Source of the DNA: an uncultured bacterium | Lineage (GTDB): Bacteria > Fermentibacterota > Fermentibacteria > Fermentibacterales > Fermentibacteraceae | Assembly: GCA_964569245.1 (NCBI GenBank) | Contig: CAZMTK010000004.1 | Coordinates: forward strand, 8,382-72,381 | Direction of reading: 5' to 3' | DNA: 64,000 nt | Shown: positions 9,058 through 19,800 of the stretch, piece after piece | How positions within the stretch are numbered: position 1 is the first letter of the stretch | Layout of the letters: every line of letters starts with the position of its first letter | Position numbers and translations under genes: made by a program | Notes under the pieces: model-generated | Told to the model about the DNA's origin: nothing | The model's database searches: none | The model's input: the letters and a program-made list of their open reading frames with translations, nothing else

Positions 9058-10712
9058 TGCTCTCCGCCTCTGTCCTCTGCGGCTTGGACGCTGCCGGCAA
9101 GCGGCAGGGCCATCGTCACCTCCAGCCCTCCCTCCTCGCGGTTCGAGAGCTCCATGGTTCCCGAGTGCTCCTCCAGAACCCTTCGCGCCACGTAGAGGCC
9201 CAGCCCGGTGCCGTACTCCTTCGTGGTGAAGAACGGCTCCGCAACCCTGGAGAGGAGGTCGGCAGGAATGCCCGGTCCGTTGTCGTCCACCTTCACTACC
9301 GCCCTGCGCGACGCATGATCCACGGCGAGTCCGACGGTCACATGCGGATCGCGCACTCCGGCCAGCGCCTCGCACGCATTCCTCAGGATGTTGCCGAACA
9401 TCTGGGCGAGCCTGTGCTCCCTGCCCTTCACGACCACCGCGGGGAGCGGCCCGGCGCTGATGGCGACGCCTGCGGCATACCCCCTGCACGCGGAGTCTAC
9501 GGCTTCCGACAGCACGAGGTCCAGCCTGAGGTCCTCCGCGTCGTCCCGGGTGCTCCCCCTGGCGAGCTCGAGATATCCCTCGATGATGTCGGAGGTTCGT
9601 CTGGCCTGCCCTACGATCAGGTCCACCATCCTTTCCAGCTTTTCGCGGTCCATCGGGCCTGAGCGAAGAACCTGCGCAGCCCCGCTGATCGAGGCAAGCG
9701 GGTTGCGTATCTCGTGCGCCATGGTCGCCGACAGCCTGCCGAACACGGCCAGCTTCTCCCTCTCCTCGAGCCTGCTGCGAAGGTTGCGGAGCTCGGTCAC
9801 GTCGGTCATCACCGCCAGGACCCCGCCGGACTCCCCGGGGCTGCCGGGCTCGAACCCCCCCAGCTTGCACTCCAGTATCCGGTCGCCCGCCATGATGTCC
9901 ATCCGCTCCGGCGATTCTCCTCCGGGATTGCAGCCGCGCATGAGCCTGTACACGGGGCTGGATAGCACCTCCTTGGCCCAGTCGGCTCCCAGGCCCAGCA
10001 TTCTGCGGGCCGCCGGATTGATGCTGAGAGGCGAGCCGTCGCGGTCGATCAGCAGGATGCCGTCCGAGAGGCCGGCCAGTATGTCGCGGGACCGGGCGGT
10101 GGAGGAGCGCAGGGCGTCCAGGGCCTCTCTCAGGCGCCCCGACTCCTTCCGAATGGTCTCCGAGAAGTACCCGGACACCAGCCCCGCGGAGACGAGCAGG
10201 CAAGCGTGAAGTAGCACTCTCAGAACGACGTACCGGGTGGTCAGCCCGATCGGGACGCCCCTGCCCAGGAATTCGAGCAGCTCGGTCCCTCCCGCGGGAA
10301 TGCCGGATGTCATGGCGAGGAATCCGGAGGTCGCCAGCAGCATGGTGTCCAGCAGGGCTGCGTAGAAGCCGCCCCTCGTTCCTGTCAGGTTGCCGGCGTA
10401 GAGGGCGTGCAGGAGGAACAGCGCCACGAAGGGGCCGTCGAGGCCGCCGGCGAAGTGCACTATCGTACCCAGGAGGATGGCGTCGAGGACGACTATGAAG
10501 ACCGGAAGGAGCCCGCTTTGCGGCCTCACCCTGTACCATGCCGCGACCGCGAGCGTGGAGAGGACCGTTCCCGCCCCTGCGATCCCGTAGGCCAGATTGA
10601 TGTGGAAGGCGCCCAGAACAGCGATGCCGAACGCAGACAGGCCGCCCAGTACGACGAGGCGCCCGACCAGTATCCAGGTCAGGCGCCTCTGGGAGCCTAT
10701 GCCGGGCGGCAT
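9054..10712 (-). CDS. pilS: Sensor histidine kinase PilS-like
   Basis: N-terminal multi-transmembrane region, a PAS-like segment, the HisKA H-box (MAHEIRNPLASISGAAQVL), and an HATPase_c domain (GTGLGLYVARRV). It overlaps pilR by 4 bp. Confidence 0.85.
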
Positions 10713-10746
10713 CCTGGAGCCACCGGGCGGCGTCGCGTGCGGCCTG

Positions 10747-11955
10747 CTACTGGCCCACCGTCCCTATCAGGTCGAAGATCGGCAGATACATCGCGATGAC
10801 CATGCCTCCCACGATGCCGCCGAGCACGACGATCATGAGCGGCTCCAGCGTGGAGGTCAGCGCGCCCACCGCGACATCCACCTCCTCCTCGTAGAAGTCG
10901 GCTATCTTGAGGAGCATGTCGTCCAGGCCGCCAGTCTCCTCGCCGACCGCTATCATCTGCGTGACCATCGTCGGGAAGACGCCCGACGCCTCGAGCGGGT
11001 TGGAGATGTTCTCGCCGCCGGAGATGCTCGAGCGGGCCTGCATGATGGCGTCGGCAACGACCCTGTTACCCGCTGTCTTGGACGTGATGCTGAGCCCGTC
11101 GAGGATGGCGACGCCGCTCGATATCAGCGTCCCCAGGGTGCGCGTGAACCTCGCGATGGCCATCTTGCGGTTGAGCGGACCGAAGATGGGCATGGAGATC
11201 TTCACCTGGTCGATGATCTTCTGGCCGGCATCGGTCTTGTACCAGGCCTTGTAGCCCACGATGAGCGCTATGACGCCGATGACGATGAACAGGATGTTCT
11301 TCGTGAAGAACTGCGAGAGGTTCACCACGAACTGCGTGGGGCCCGGGAGCTCTCCTCCGAGGTCCGAAAACATCCTTTCGAAGATCGGGATGATGAACAG
11401 CAGCATGGCCGTGACAACGAGCACAACCACTATCATGACTATCATCGGATACATCATCGCGGCCTTGATCTTGGAGCGCAGGCTGGCGGCCTTCTCCAGG
11501 TGCTGCGCCAGGCGGCTGAGTATCGTGTCGAGAATGCCGCCCTGCTCGCCCGCCGCCACCATGTTCACGTAGAGCTCGCTGAACAGGGTGTGGCGCGCCA
11601 TCGCGTCGGCCAGGGTGCCGCCCTTCTCCACCTCGGCGGTGATGTCGGCGATGATGTTCATGAAGGCCTTGTTGTCCTGCTGGCGGGCGAGGATCTGCAG
11701 GCAGTTGACCAGAGGGAGGCCCGCGTTGATCATGGTGGCGAACTGGCGCGTGAAGCCGGCCAGCATCTTGTCCGTGATGTTGGTTCCGAACTGGCCGAGC
11801 TTGCTGAGGTCCATCCCCTTCGTGCGGATCTTCTGGACCGTTACACCGCGCTTCTCCAGCAGGTCCTTCGCTTCGCGGCTGTTCGCGGCTGTGATGACGC
11901 CGGACAGCGTTCGGCCCTGCTTGTTCGTGCCTGTCCAGTGAAATTCTGGCATCAC
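10747..11955 (-). CDS. pilC: Type IV pilus inner-membrane platform protein PilC (GspF family)
   Basis: 402 aa with a duplicated GspF domain and 3 transmembrane segments. RBS GGGAGGG before the ATG. Confidence 0.9.
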   Translation of the reverse strand: MMPEFHWTGTNKQGRTLSGVITAANSREAKDLLEKRGVTVQKIRTKGMDLSKLGQFGTNITDKMLAGFTRQFATMINAGLPLVNCLQILARQQDNKAFMNIIADITAEVEKGGTLADAMARHTLFSELYVNMVAAGEQGGILDTILSRLAQHLEKAASLRSKIKAAMMYPMIVMIVVVLVVTAMLLFIIPIFERMFSDLGGELPGPTQFVVNLSQFFTKNILFIVIGVIALIVGYKAWYKTDAGQKIIDQVKISMPIFGPLNRKMAIARFTRTLGTLISSGVAILDGLSITSKTAGNRVVADAIMQARSSISGGENISNPLEASGVFPTMVTQMIAVGEETGGLDDMLLKIADFYEEEVDVAVGALTSTLEPLMIVVLGGIVGGMVIAMYLPIFDLIGTVGQ

Positions 11956-11964
11956 ACCCTCCCG

Positions 11965-13035
11965 TTACAGGACGTCGCGCCCGGTGACGATCATCTGCTC
12001 GAGCTCAATGGGGTCCGGCGCGCGCTCGAGCGCCACCTCCCTGGTAATATCCCTCTTCGCATACAGCTTGTATAGTGCCTGGTTCATCGTCTGCATGCCG
12101 AACTTCTGCCCGGCCTGCATCATGCCGTAGATCTGGTGCAGCTTGTCCTCGCGGATGGCCGACCTCAGGGCGGGGGTGCAGACCAGCACCTCCGCGGCCA
12201 GCGCGCGGCCCGACCCCCTGGCCTTGGGCACGAGCTGCTGGGTCATGATGCCGAGGAGGACGAACGAGAGCTGGCTGCGCACCTGCTCCTGGCTCTGGGG
12301 CGGGAAGGTGTCGATGATCCTGTTGATGGATTCGTAGGTGGAGTTGGTGTGCAGCGTGGCAAGCGTCAGGTGGCCCGTCTCGGCGATGTTCAGCGCCACC
12401 TGCATCGTCTCGAGGTCGCGCATCTCGCCTATCAGGACGACGTCGGGGTCCTGCCGCAGGATGTACCTGAGCGCGTTCGCGAAGCCCTTGGTGTCGTCGC
12501 CCACCTCGCGCTGGTTCACGATGCCCTTGTCGTGGTGGTGGACGTACTCGATCGGGTCCTCGATCGTAACGATGTGGCACGGGCGCAGGGAGTTGACCTT
12601 CCTGATGATCGAGGCGAGGGTGGTGGACTTCCCGCAGCCCGTCGGCCCCGTGACCAGGATCAGGCCCTGGCGCTTGTCTGAGAGCTGGGAGACAACGGGG
12701 GGCAGGCCCAGCTCCTCGAATCCCAGTATCTCGTAGGGGATCACGCGGATCGCGGCAGCTACGCAGCCCCTCTGCATGAAGCAGTTCGCTCTGAACCGGG
12801 AGAGGCCCTTGATCCCGAAGGCGAAGTCAAGCTCCTTGTCCATCTCGAAACGCTTCTTCTGCTCGTCCTTCAGGAGGCTGTAGACGAGATCCTGCGTATC
12901 CTGGGGCGTGAGAGGATCGTACTCCATCCTCATCAGGTCGCCGTCCACCCGGATGACCGGAGGGACTCCCACGGTGAGGTGGAGGTCGGTCGCCCTGCGC
13001 TCCATCATCTCCTTCAGAAGTGTCTTGATGTTCAT
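11965..13035 (-). CDS. pilT: Twitching-motility retraction ATPase PilT
   Basis: 356 aa with Walker A (GPTGCGKST), Asp box, Walker B and His box. The N-terminus MNIKTLLKEMMERRATDLHL is typical of PilT. Confidence 0.9.
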   Translation of the reverse strand: MNIKTLLKEMMERRATDLHLTVGVPPVIRVDGDLMRMEYDPLTPQDTQDLVYSLLKDEQKKRFEMDKELDFAFGIKGLSRFRANCFMQRGCVAAAIRVIPYEILGFEELGLPPVVSQLSDKRQGLILVTGPTGCGKSTTLASIIRKVNSLRPCHIVTIEDPIEYVHHHDKGIVNQREVGDDTKGFANALRYILRQDPDVVLIGEMRDLETMQVALNIAETGHLTLATLHTNSTYESINRIIDTFPPQSQEQVRSQLSFVLLGIMTQQLVPKARGSGRALAAEVLVCTPALRSAIREDKLHQIYGMMQAGQKFGMQTMNQALYKLYAKRDITREVALERAPDPIELEQMIVTGRDVL

Positions 13036-14855
13036 GCCGGCTGCTCCCTCGGGTCGGTAACGGCCTCCGCCGGGCCGCCTGCCCTGATGCGATCCAACAG
13101 GTGCTCCTTGCGGGCGTTCTTCACTTCGGGATCATCGTCGGCCGTGACCCTCGTGACCTCGTCGAGAGTCGTGATGCCGGCCTTCAGCTTCTCCACGGCG
13201 TCCATCCGCAGGGTCCTCATGCCGTTGCGGACGCCGGCGACCCTGAGCTGGGCCGCCGATGCCCTATCTATTACCGCCTGGCGTATGTATTTGTCAAGCG
13301 TGAGAACCTCGTAGATTCCTGTGCGGCCCTTGTATCCGCTGCCGTTGCAGACCTGGCAGCCGGAGTTGATGTATGTCTTGCAGCCCCTGAGCTCGTCGGG
13401 GTCTATCCCTGCCTCCAGAAGCTTTTCGGCAGGGTATTCGTAGGGTTCCCTGCACTTCGAGCAGACCTTCCTCATCAGCCTCTGCGCCATGATGGTACGG
13501 ATGGAGGAGGCGACGAGGAAAGGCTTGATGCCTATGTCCACCAGCCGGCTTATCGTGCTCGGCGCATCGTTGGTGTGGATGGTCGAGAACACCAGGTGTC
13601 CGGTGAGCGAAGCCTTGACCGCGATCGAGGCGGTTTCGAGGTCCCTGATCTCGCCCACCATTATGATGTTCGGGTCCTGCCTCAGGATCGCCCTCAGGGC
13701 CGAGGCGAAGTCGTAGCCCATCGCGAAGTCTATCTGGGTCTGCATGATGCCCTCGATGTTGTACTCGATGGGGTCCTCCGCAGTGATGATGTTGACCTCG
13801 GGCTTGTTGAGCTGGCTGAGCGCGGAGTAGAGCGTGGTCGTCTTCCCGCTGCCGGTCGGTCCCGTGACGAGAACGATGCCGTACGGCGAGTGAACGCCCT
13901 TCATGAACTCGGCCAGTGCGTCCTCGGGGAAGCCGAGCTGGCGGAGGTCGAACTCGAGGTTTCCCCTGTCGAGGATGCGGAGGACGATCTTCTCGCCGTT
14001 GACAGTGGGCACCGCGCTAACCCTGAAGTCTATGACCCTGTCGTCAACCCGCGCCTTTATCCTGCCGTCCTGCGTCTTGCGCCTCTCGGCGATGTTCATC
14101 TTCGAGAGGATCTTCAGCCGGCTCAGTATGGAAGGCTGCAGCGACTTCGGTATCCGGTGCACCTCGAAGCAGGTGCCGTCGCGGCGGTACCGCACCCTGA
14201 GGAACTTCTCGTACGGCTCTACATGGATGTCGCTCACCTCGGACCGCACGGCCTTGTTGATAAGGTTGGTGACGAACCTGACCACCGGCTCGTCGGAGCC
14301 TTCGGCTCCCGTGTCCGCAACCCCCTCCTCCTCCTCCTCCGGCTCCAGCTCCAGGCTCTCCACGACCTTCAGGTCGTTCTCCCTCTCGTCGTAGTCCTGG
14401 AGCTTCTCCTCGACCGTGACGAGGTCGTCCACCTTGCCGTAGAGCTCGTCGAGGCTCCTGCGGACGGCGGAGGGCGCCGAGGCATAGACGACGACCTCCT
14501 TGCCGGTGGTGAACTTCACCTCGTCCACGGCGTACAGGTTGCCGGGATTGGCCATGGCGACGTGGAAGAGCCTCCCCTCCTCCAGGACGGGGACGAGGAT
14601 GAACCTCCTCGCCATCTCCTCGGGGATGCGCTGGGTGAGAGAGGAATCTATCTGGGTCTCGTTGAGGTAGATCGGATCCACGCTGTAGATCTCCGCGAGG
14701 AACTCCGTCACCAGCTCCTCCGGGACCTTGCCGGCCGACACCAGGGCCTCTCCCAGGTCGGTCTCGCCGGGACCGAAGTCCCGGGTGACTTCGTCCACCT
14801 CATCCCGGGTGACCAGGCCGGCCTCGATCAGCATCATCGCGAGACGGCTCAGCAT
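13032..14855 (-). CDS. pilB: Type IV pilus assembly ATPase PilB (GspE family)
   Basis: 607 aa with N-terminal GspII domains, Walker A (GPTGSGKTT) and a C-terminal tetracysteine CxxC...CxxC motif. It overlaps pilT by 4 bp. Confidence 0.9.
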   Translation of the reverse strand: MLSRLAMMLIEAGLVTRDEVDEVTRDFGPGETDLGEALVSAGKVPEELVTEFLAEIYSVDPIYLNETQIDSSLTQRIPEEMARRFILVPVLEEGRLFHVAMANPGNLYAVDEVKFTTGKEVVVYASAPSAVRRSLDELYGKVDDLVTVEEKLQDYDERENDLKVVESLELEPEEEEEGVADTGAEGSDEPVVRFVTNLINKAVRSEVSDIHVEPYEKFLRVRYRRDGTCFEVHRIPKSLQPSILSRLKILSKMNIAERRKTQDGRIKARVDDRVIDFRVSAVPTVNGEKIVLRILDRGNLEFDLRQLGFPEDALAEFMKGVHSPYGIVLVTGPTGSGKTTTLYSALSQLNKPEVNIITAEDPIEYNIEGIMQTQIDFAMGYDFASALRAILRQDPNIIMVGEIRDLETASIAVKASLTGHLVFSTIHTNDAPSTISRLVDIGIKPFLVASSIRTIMAQRLMRKVCSKCREPYEYPAEKLLEAGIDPDELRGCKTYINSGCQVCNGSGYKGRTGIYEVLTLDKYIRQAVIDRASAAQLRVAGVRNGMRTLRMDAVEKLKAGITTLDEVTRVTADDDPEVKNARKEHLLDRIRAGGPAEAVTDPREQPA

Positions 14856-14913
14856 CCGCCCGCACCCTCCGCCGGGCGAAGCCGGTGTCCGGGCCGCAGG
14901 GACGAGACGGGCA

Positions 14914-16689
14914 TCACTCCGCGCCGCCCACCGTTCCCCGCACGACCTCCTCGAAGGTCGTGACGCCTCTCTCGAGCTTCCTGAGGGCAGCCTCGCGCAG
15001 GTTGATCATTCCCTTCGCCAGAGCGGCCTTCTCGATCTGGATCGTGTTGGCGTCGCTCTCGATGAGCTGCCTGATCTCCTCGTCTATCGTCATGACCTCG
15101 AAGATGCCTTCGCGCCCCCTGTATCCTGTGTTGTTGCAGTAGTCGCATCCGGTGCCCTCGTAGCAGGTCACGTTCGCGAAGCGCTCGGGGTCGATGTTCG
15201 CCTCCTGCAGGGCTTCGACGGGGATGTGGACGGGAGTCTTGCACTTCTGACATACGCGCCTTATGAGCCGCTGGGAGCATATCGCGATGAGGGACGTGCT
15301 GAGCATGAACGGCTCGGTGCCCATGTCGATCAGCCTGTTGATCGTGCTCGGGGCGTCGTTGGTGTGCGTGGTGGACAGGACGAGGTGCCCCGTCAGCGCG
15401 GCGCGAATGGCTATCGAGGAGGTCTCCTGGTCCCTGATTTCGCCGACCATGATGATGTCGGGGTCCTGGCGGAGGTAGGCCCTGAGCGCGGAGGCGAACG
15501 TGAGCCCGATGTCCTCGTTCATCTGCACCTGGTTGATGCCCTTGAGGTTGAACTCCACCGGGTTCTCTGCGGTCATGATGTTGACGCCGATATCGTTGAG
15601 CTCGGTGATGGCGGAGTAGAGCGTCGTCGTCTTCCCGCAGCCTGTGGGCCCTGTGACCAGAACAATCCCATAGGGCTTCTTGACGGCGCGTCTGAACTCG
15701 CGGAGGCTCTCCTCCTCGAACCCCAGCTTCTCCAGGTCGAGGATGACCTTGCTGCGGTCGAGAAGACGGACCTCCACCTTCTCGCCGAACAGCGTCGGCA
15801 TCGTAGCCAGCCGCATGTCCACGAACCTGTCGCCCACCCGGATCTTCTGACGGCCGTCCTGGGGCAGGTGCCTCTCGGCAATGTTCATTCCGCCCAGAAT
15901 CTTCAGGCGGCTCACGATCGCCGAGCGGTACTTCCTGCTCGGCCTCATCACCTCGTGGAGGACCCCGTCTATCCTGAAGCGTATCCTCACGTACTTCTCG
16001 AAGGGCTCGATGTGGATATCGCTGGCCCCCCTCTTCACGGCGTCGGCTATGATGCTGTTCACGAGCTTGACCACCGGCGAGTCGGCGACCTGGAGGGCCG
16101 AGACGTCCTCCTCCTCGACAGCGGTCTCGTCCTCCTCCACGACCAGCGACTCGAAGACGGCGTCCCCCACCAGGATGTCTTCGGCGTCGTCCGCGGACGC
16201 GGCGGCCTCCACGGCCGGCGCCTGCTTCTCCACGATGCTCTTCTGCGAGTCGAGGGACACTATGGCCTCTGTCTCGGGGTAGAACTTCCTCAGCGCCCTC
16301 ATCACCATGCTCGATGCGCATATGTGAGGCTCTATCTCGCAGCCTATCGAGAACCTGAGGTCGTCTATGGCGAAGAGGTTGTCGGGGTCGGTCATGGCCA
16401 CCACCAGCGTCTTGCCGACCTTCTGGATGGGGATGACCTCGTAGCGCCTCGCGATCTCGGGAGGCACCATCTTCACTATGGCGGGATCTATCGAGATGTC
16501 GTCGAGATTGACGCTCTCTATCCTGTGCTGCCTCGCGAGGTAGCTGTTCAGCTCGGCTTCGGTCAGGGCGTTCATCTTCACGAGGTTGTATCCGAGCCTT
16601 CCGCCGTCGGCCCTCTGCATCTTGAGAGCCTGCTCGAGCTGCTCCCTCGTGATGATCCCCGCATCGAGCAGCATCTGGCCGAGTTTCAT
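14914..16689 (-). CDS. Second GspE-family secretion/pilus ATPase with an N-terminal MshEN-type c-di-GMP-binding domain
   Basis: About 591 aa with Walker A (GPTGCGKTT) and a tetracysteine motif. The N-terminus KLGQMLLDAGIITREQLEQALKMQ fits the 24-residue MshEN motif RLGxxLVxxGxIxxxQLxxALxxQ. The ATG at 16689 (with RBS GAGGAG) is preferred over the GTG at 16701. Confidence 0.85.
   Translation of the reverse strand: MKLGQMLLDAGIITREQLEQALKMQRADGGRLGYNLVKMNALTEAELNSYLARQHRIESVNLDDISIDPAIVKMVPPEIARRYEVIPIQKVGKTLVVAMTDPDNLFAIDDLRFSIGCEIEPHICASSMVMRALRKFYPETEAIVSLDSQKSIVEKQAPAVEAAASADDAEDILVGDAVFESLVVEEDETAVEEEDVSALQVADSPVVKLVNSIIADAVKRGASDIHIEPFEKYVRIRFRIDGVLHEVMRPSRKYRSAIVSRLKILGGMNIAERHLPQDGRQKIRVGDRFVDMRLATMPTLFGEKVEVRLLDRSKVILDLEKLGFEEESLREFRRAVKKPYGIVLVTGPTGCGKTTTLYSAITELNDIGVNIMTAENPVEFNLKGINQVQMNEDIGLTFASALRAYLRQDPDIIMVGEIRDQETSSIAIRAALTGHLVLSTTHTNDAPSTINRLIDMGTEPFMLSTSLIAICSQRLIRRVCQKCKTPVHIPVEALQEANIDPERFANVTCYEGTGCDYCNNTGYRGREGIFEVMTIDEEIRQLIESDANTIQIEKAALAKGMINLREAALRKLERGVTTFEEVVRGTVGGAE
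16615..16686 (-). other. MshEN c-di-GMP-binding motif within the second GspE ATPase
   Basis: Residues 2-25 (KLGQMLLDAGIITREQLEQALKMQ) match the published MshEN consensus. Confidence 0.6.
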
Positions 16690-16712
16690 TCCGAGTTGCA
16701 CTCCTCAATCCT

Positions 16713-16732
16713 GCTCCGGGCCGGCCCGGAGC
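16713..16732. promoter_or_regulatory. Perfect 20-nt palindrome (GCTCCGGGCCGGCCCGGAGC) between the giant gene and the ATPase gene
   Basis: A self-complementary sequence about 25-45 nt upstream of the ATPase start and just downstream of the giant gene's stop. It may act as a terminator or attenuator. Confidence 0.4.
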
Positions 16733-16842
16733 ATGCCGCCGGGGAACGATTGCGATTCGCTCGGATAACTTCGCGCAAGACGTTCTGCCTGTCAACAGCG
16801 CAAAGCCGAGAGGGAGCCGCTGCGGGTCCCTGCCGGAGGGGA

Positions 16843-19800
16843 TCAGAAGTTGATCGTGGCCCAGATGTCCAGGCCGAAATCCCTCTGGTCGTAGACCGAG
16901 TTCACCTTGTCGGTCTTCCATCCGTAGATGCCCTTCAGCCCCGCCGTCACCGTTCCGAAATCGTAGGAGGCGGAGGGTTCTATCCGCCACTCGACCCTGT
17001 CGCTCTGAAGCTGGTCCTCGAAGCCGGCGACAAGGATCTCTGTCTTCGTGCCGCTCCTGCTTATGAGAAGTGCCGTGGTCAGATCGCTCTGGAATCGGAT
17101 CCGGAGCCTGTCGAGAAGCGGCAGGGGGATGGCGAGTCCGCCCGGGGAGCTGAAGGAGTACTGGATGTTGACCTGGACGCTCCCGGAGCTGGACCGGGTG
17201 AGAGCGTTCGTACCTGTGTAGTTGCGGGTCTCGGTGGTCGAGATGTTGTCGGAGAGGGTTATCTGCACCTCGTTCCTCAGCATGGCCGACACGCTGAACA
17301 GCGGCGACCAGCGGCTGGTCGTGGTAGCGCTGGTCCTGATGTAGTCGCCGGACTCGAACCGCCCGCTCTCGCCCCTCTCGAGGCGGTAGCCCGTGCTCAG
17401 CGTTCCCGAACGAAGCAGTCCGGAGAACGGCCTGATCCGTTCCAGCCCCGACCAGGACACGGTGACGGACGGCCATGTCTTCGACATCTGGCGGTTCCAG
17501 TAGCCGGAGTAGTAGTGCCTGGAGTCGGTGGACGAGTACTCTCCCCTGACCGACATGGAGCCTGTCGGGCGGAATCCGGTCGAGACCTGGACGTTGTCGC
17601 TCCTCGTCCTGTCGTAGGCCTCGACGCCTTCGAGCTCGGTCACCAGACCGAAGCGGTAGTCGAGCCCCGGGTAGTAGCCCAGCTCGTCATACTCGCTTCC
17701 CAGGGTGCGCGATATCGTGACGGTCGGGTCCGTGATCCTGTCGGCCCACCTGTCGAGCCTCGACAGGAGCCACCTGGGGCTTCCGGGATCGGCCTGCTCG
17801 TCGAGCCTCTCGTCGCGCAGCCTCGCAATCGAATGCAGCGCCTTCACCAGGCCTATTCTCAGGTCGAGCCGTCTAGTGGCTGTGAGCGAGACGTCGGGAC
17901 TCCCGAGGGAGTCCTCGCCGGAGGCGGTGTGCGGGGCCAGCCTGGCGCTTCCGTATGCAGCCTCGTAGCTGACCCTGGGCACGAGATAGTCCCACAGGGT
18001 GATCTCCTGCGAGAGGCTCAGACTCTGGCTTCGCTGTATCTCCCTTCCGATGCTGATCGGAGCGCCCCCCCTCCATGGGTACAGGAGGTCGCGGGTGACC
18101 GCGAGGGATATGGAAGCGCTCTGGCGGCTCCACAGGTTGAACCCCAGCGAGCCATCGGACCTGAATGTCCTCTGGCGCGTGGCTCTGGTCTGGACGGTGT
18201 CCTCCGAGCCGAGGGACCAGCGGGTGTCCCAGCCGTTGTCGCGCTGCAAGCCGAAAGCAATCCGGCTCGGCCTCGGCTGGACTCCCCCGAGGACGGGCAG
18301 CGAGAAAAGAGGCCTCTGCGGGAGGCTGAGGTCGTACCCGAGCCGCGCCCTGGCGCTGGTGAGGGAGTCGCGGTATGACGGCGACCTGCCCGTTCCGGTC
18401 GTGTAGTTGTGCGACACCGTCCAAGGATCTATCAGGATGGTGGAGAGGAGCGAGGTGGACCTCCTGTTGCGCCTCCACGAGACGCCCGTGTCCCACTGCT
18501 CCGATTCGGTCCTCTGCTCCCACGACTCGTCGCCGTCGAGCCTGATGTCCGAGCTGGGAGCGAACCTGGGCTCCGAGAGCTGGCGCTTCCAGGCCAGCGT
18601 AGCCGGAAGCGAGACGGACCAGAGAGGGGGAGTGAACCTGTCGAGGTTCAGGGTCAGCCCCGAACTCAGGCTGGTGGTGCTGGAGCCCTGGCCCTTGCGC
18701 TGGCCGAGCCCGTGGAAGTCGGCCCCGATGAAGCGGTAGTCCCCGCTGATGCTCATCAGGTCGGCCACGTCCACAGTCGCCGAGATCCTCCTGGCTGCGT
18801 CTATCCCGCTGTAGGGGCCTCTCAGGGTCAGGTCGTCGAGCCATGCCGTCGTGCTCAGCGCAGATGCTGTGGTGTTGCGGATACCCGCGCTCAGCTCGAC
18901 GACCGCCGCGAGGTTGGGGTTGCCCCTTACCGAGAGGTTTCCCACCCTGATGAAATCCACGTCGCGCTCGACACGGAGCTGCTTGAGGTCGGTGAGATCG
19001 TCGAGATCCGTCGTCACGGTCTGCCAGCCGGGGGTGAGCGGCGCGGCGATCTCGTAGTAGTTGAGGCTGTCGCTGCCCATTCGGTAGAAGAACTCGCCCG
19101 CCGCGTTCTGGGAGCCGTGCACGGGGAACCTTACCGTGGAGTATCCGGTGTAGTCCTCGCTCGAGTAGAAGGTCTGCCTGGCGCGGCACTCGTGCCCCGG
19201 GAGGATGCCCACGGACTCGATCGAGATCGACTGCTCTAGCTTCAGATTGCCCTGTTCGTCCCTCCCCGGGTCGATCCCCGGCGGAGGATCGGCGGCGTAA
19301 TCCGGATTGTCCTGGTTGTTGACGGTGGACACGATGACCAGCTCGCCGGGCTCCACCGGCGGGGACACTCCGATGCCGGCCGACACGGGCCTCGGCTCCC
19401 AGCGGTTCCCGACTATCGAGAAGTCGAACACGTCGATCGTGTCGCGCTGAGTGAAGCCTTCCACCCACAGCCTGGCATAGACGATCTTCTCCCAGGAAGG
19501 CTCCGACGTAAGGCCGTCGGGGACGGTCACCAGAGCCGAGTCTGAGAGCGGTACCTCCACGAGCATCCAGCCGTACTGGTTCGGCCCGGAGACGATGTAG
19601 TCGGGATCGTCGAGGGGGATGCGGATCCTGAAGTAGGAGTCGCTCCTGTCAAGCAGGCCGTTCCTGTTCAGATCCTCCGTGTCGAGCCAGGCGTTGTCCT
19701 CGGTTCCGTTGATCCTTCTGAACCTCTCCACCGGGTCGGGCACCGAGGAGTTGTAGTAGTAGTCGTCCCTGTTTGGATCGGCCTCCGGAGAGCCGGGGAA

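Noticed and set aside
14728-18378. 1216-aa plus-strand ORF, with other long antisense ORFs of the same kind at 1049..2488, 7417..8730, 10597..12075, 13101..14963, 19649..21298, 23892..25925, 56174..58864 and 59468..61480
   Set aside because: All lie opposite well-supported genes such as PilB, PilT, the giant protein and tricorn. They are Arg/Pro/Gly/Ala-rich low-complexity translations without recognisable domains. They are shadow ORFs expected at about 67% GC, where stop codons are rare on the antisense strand.
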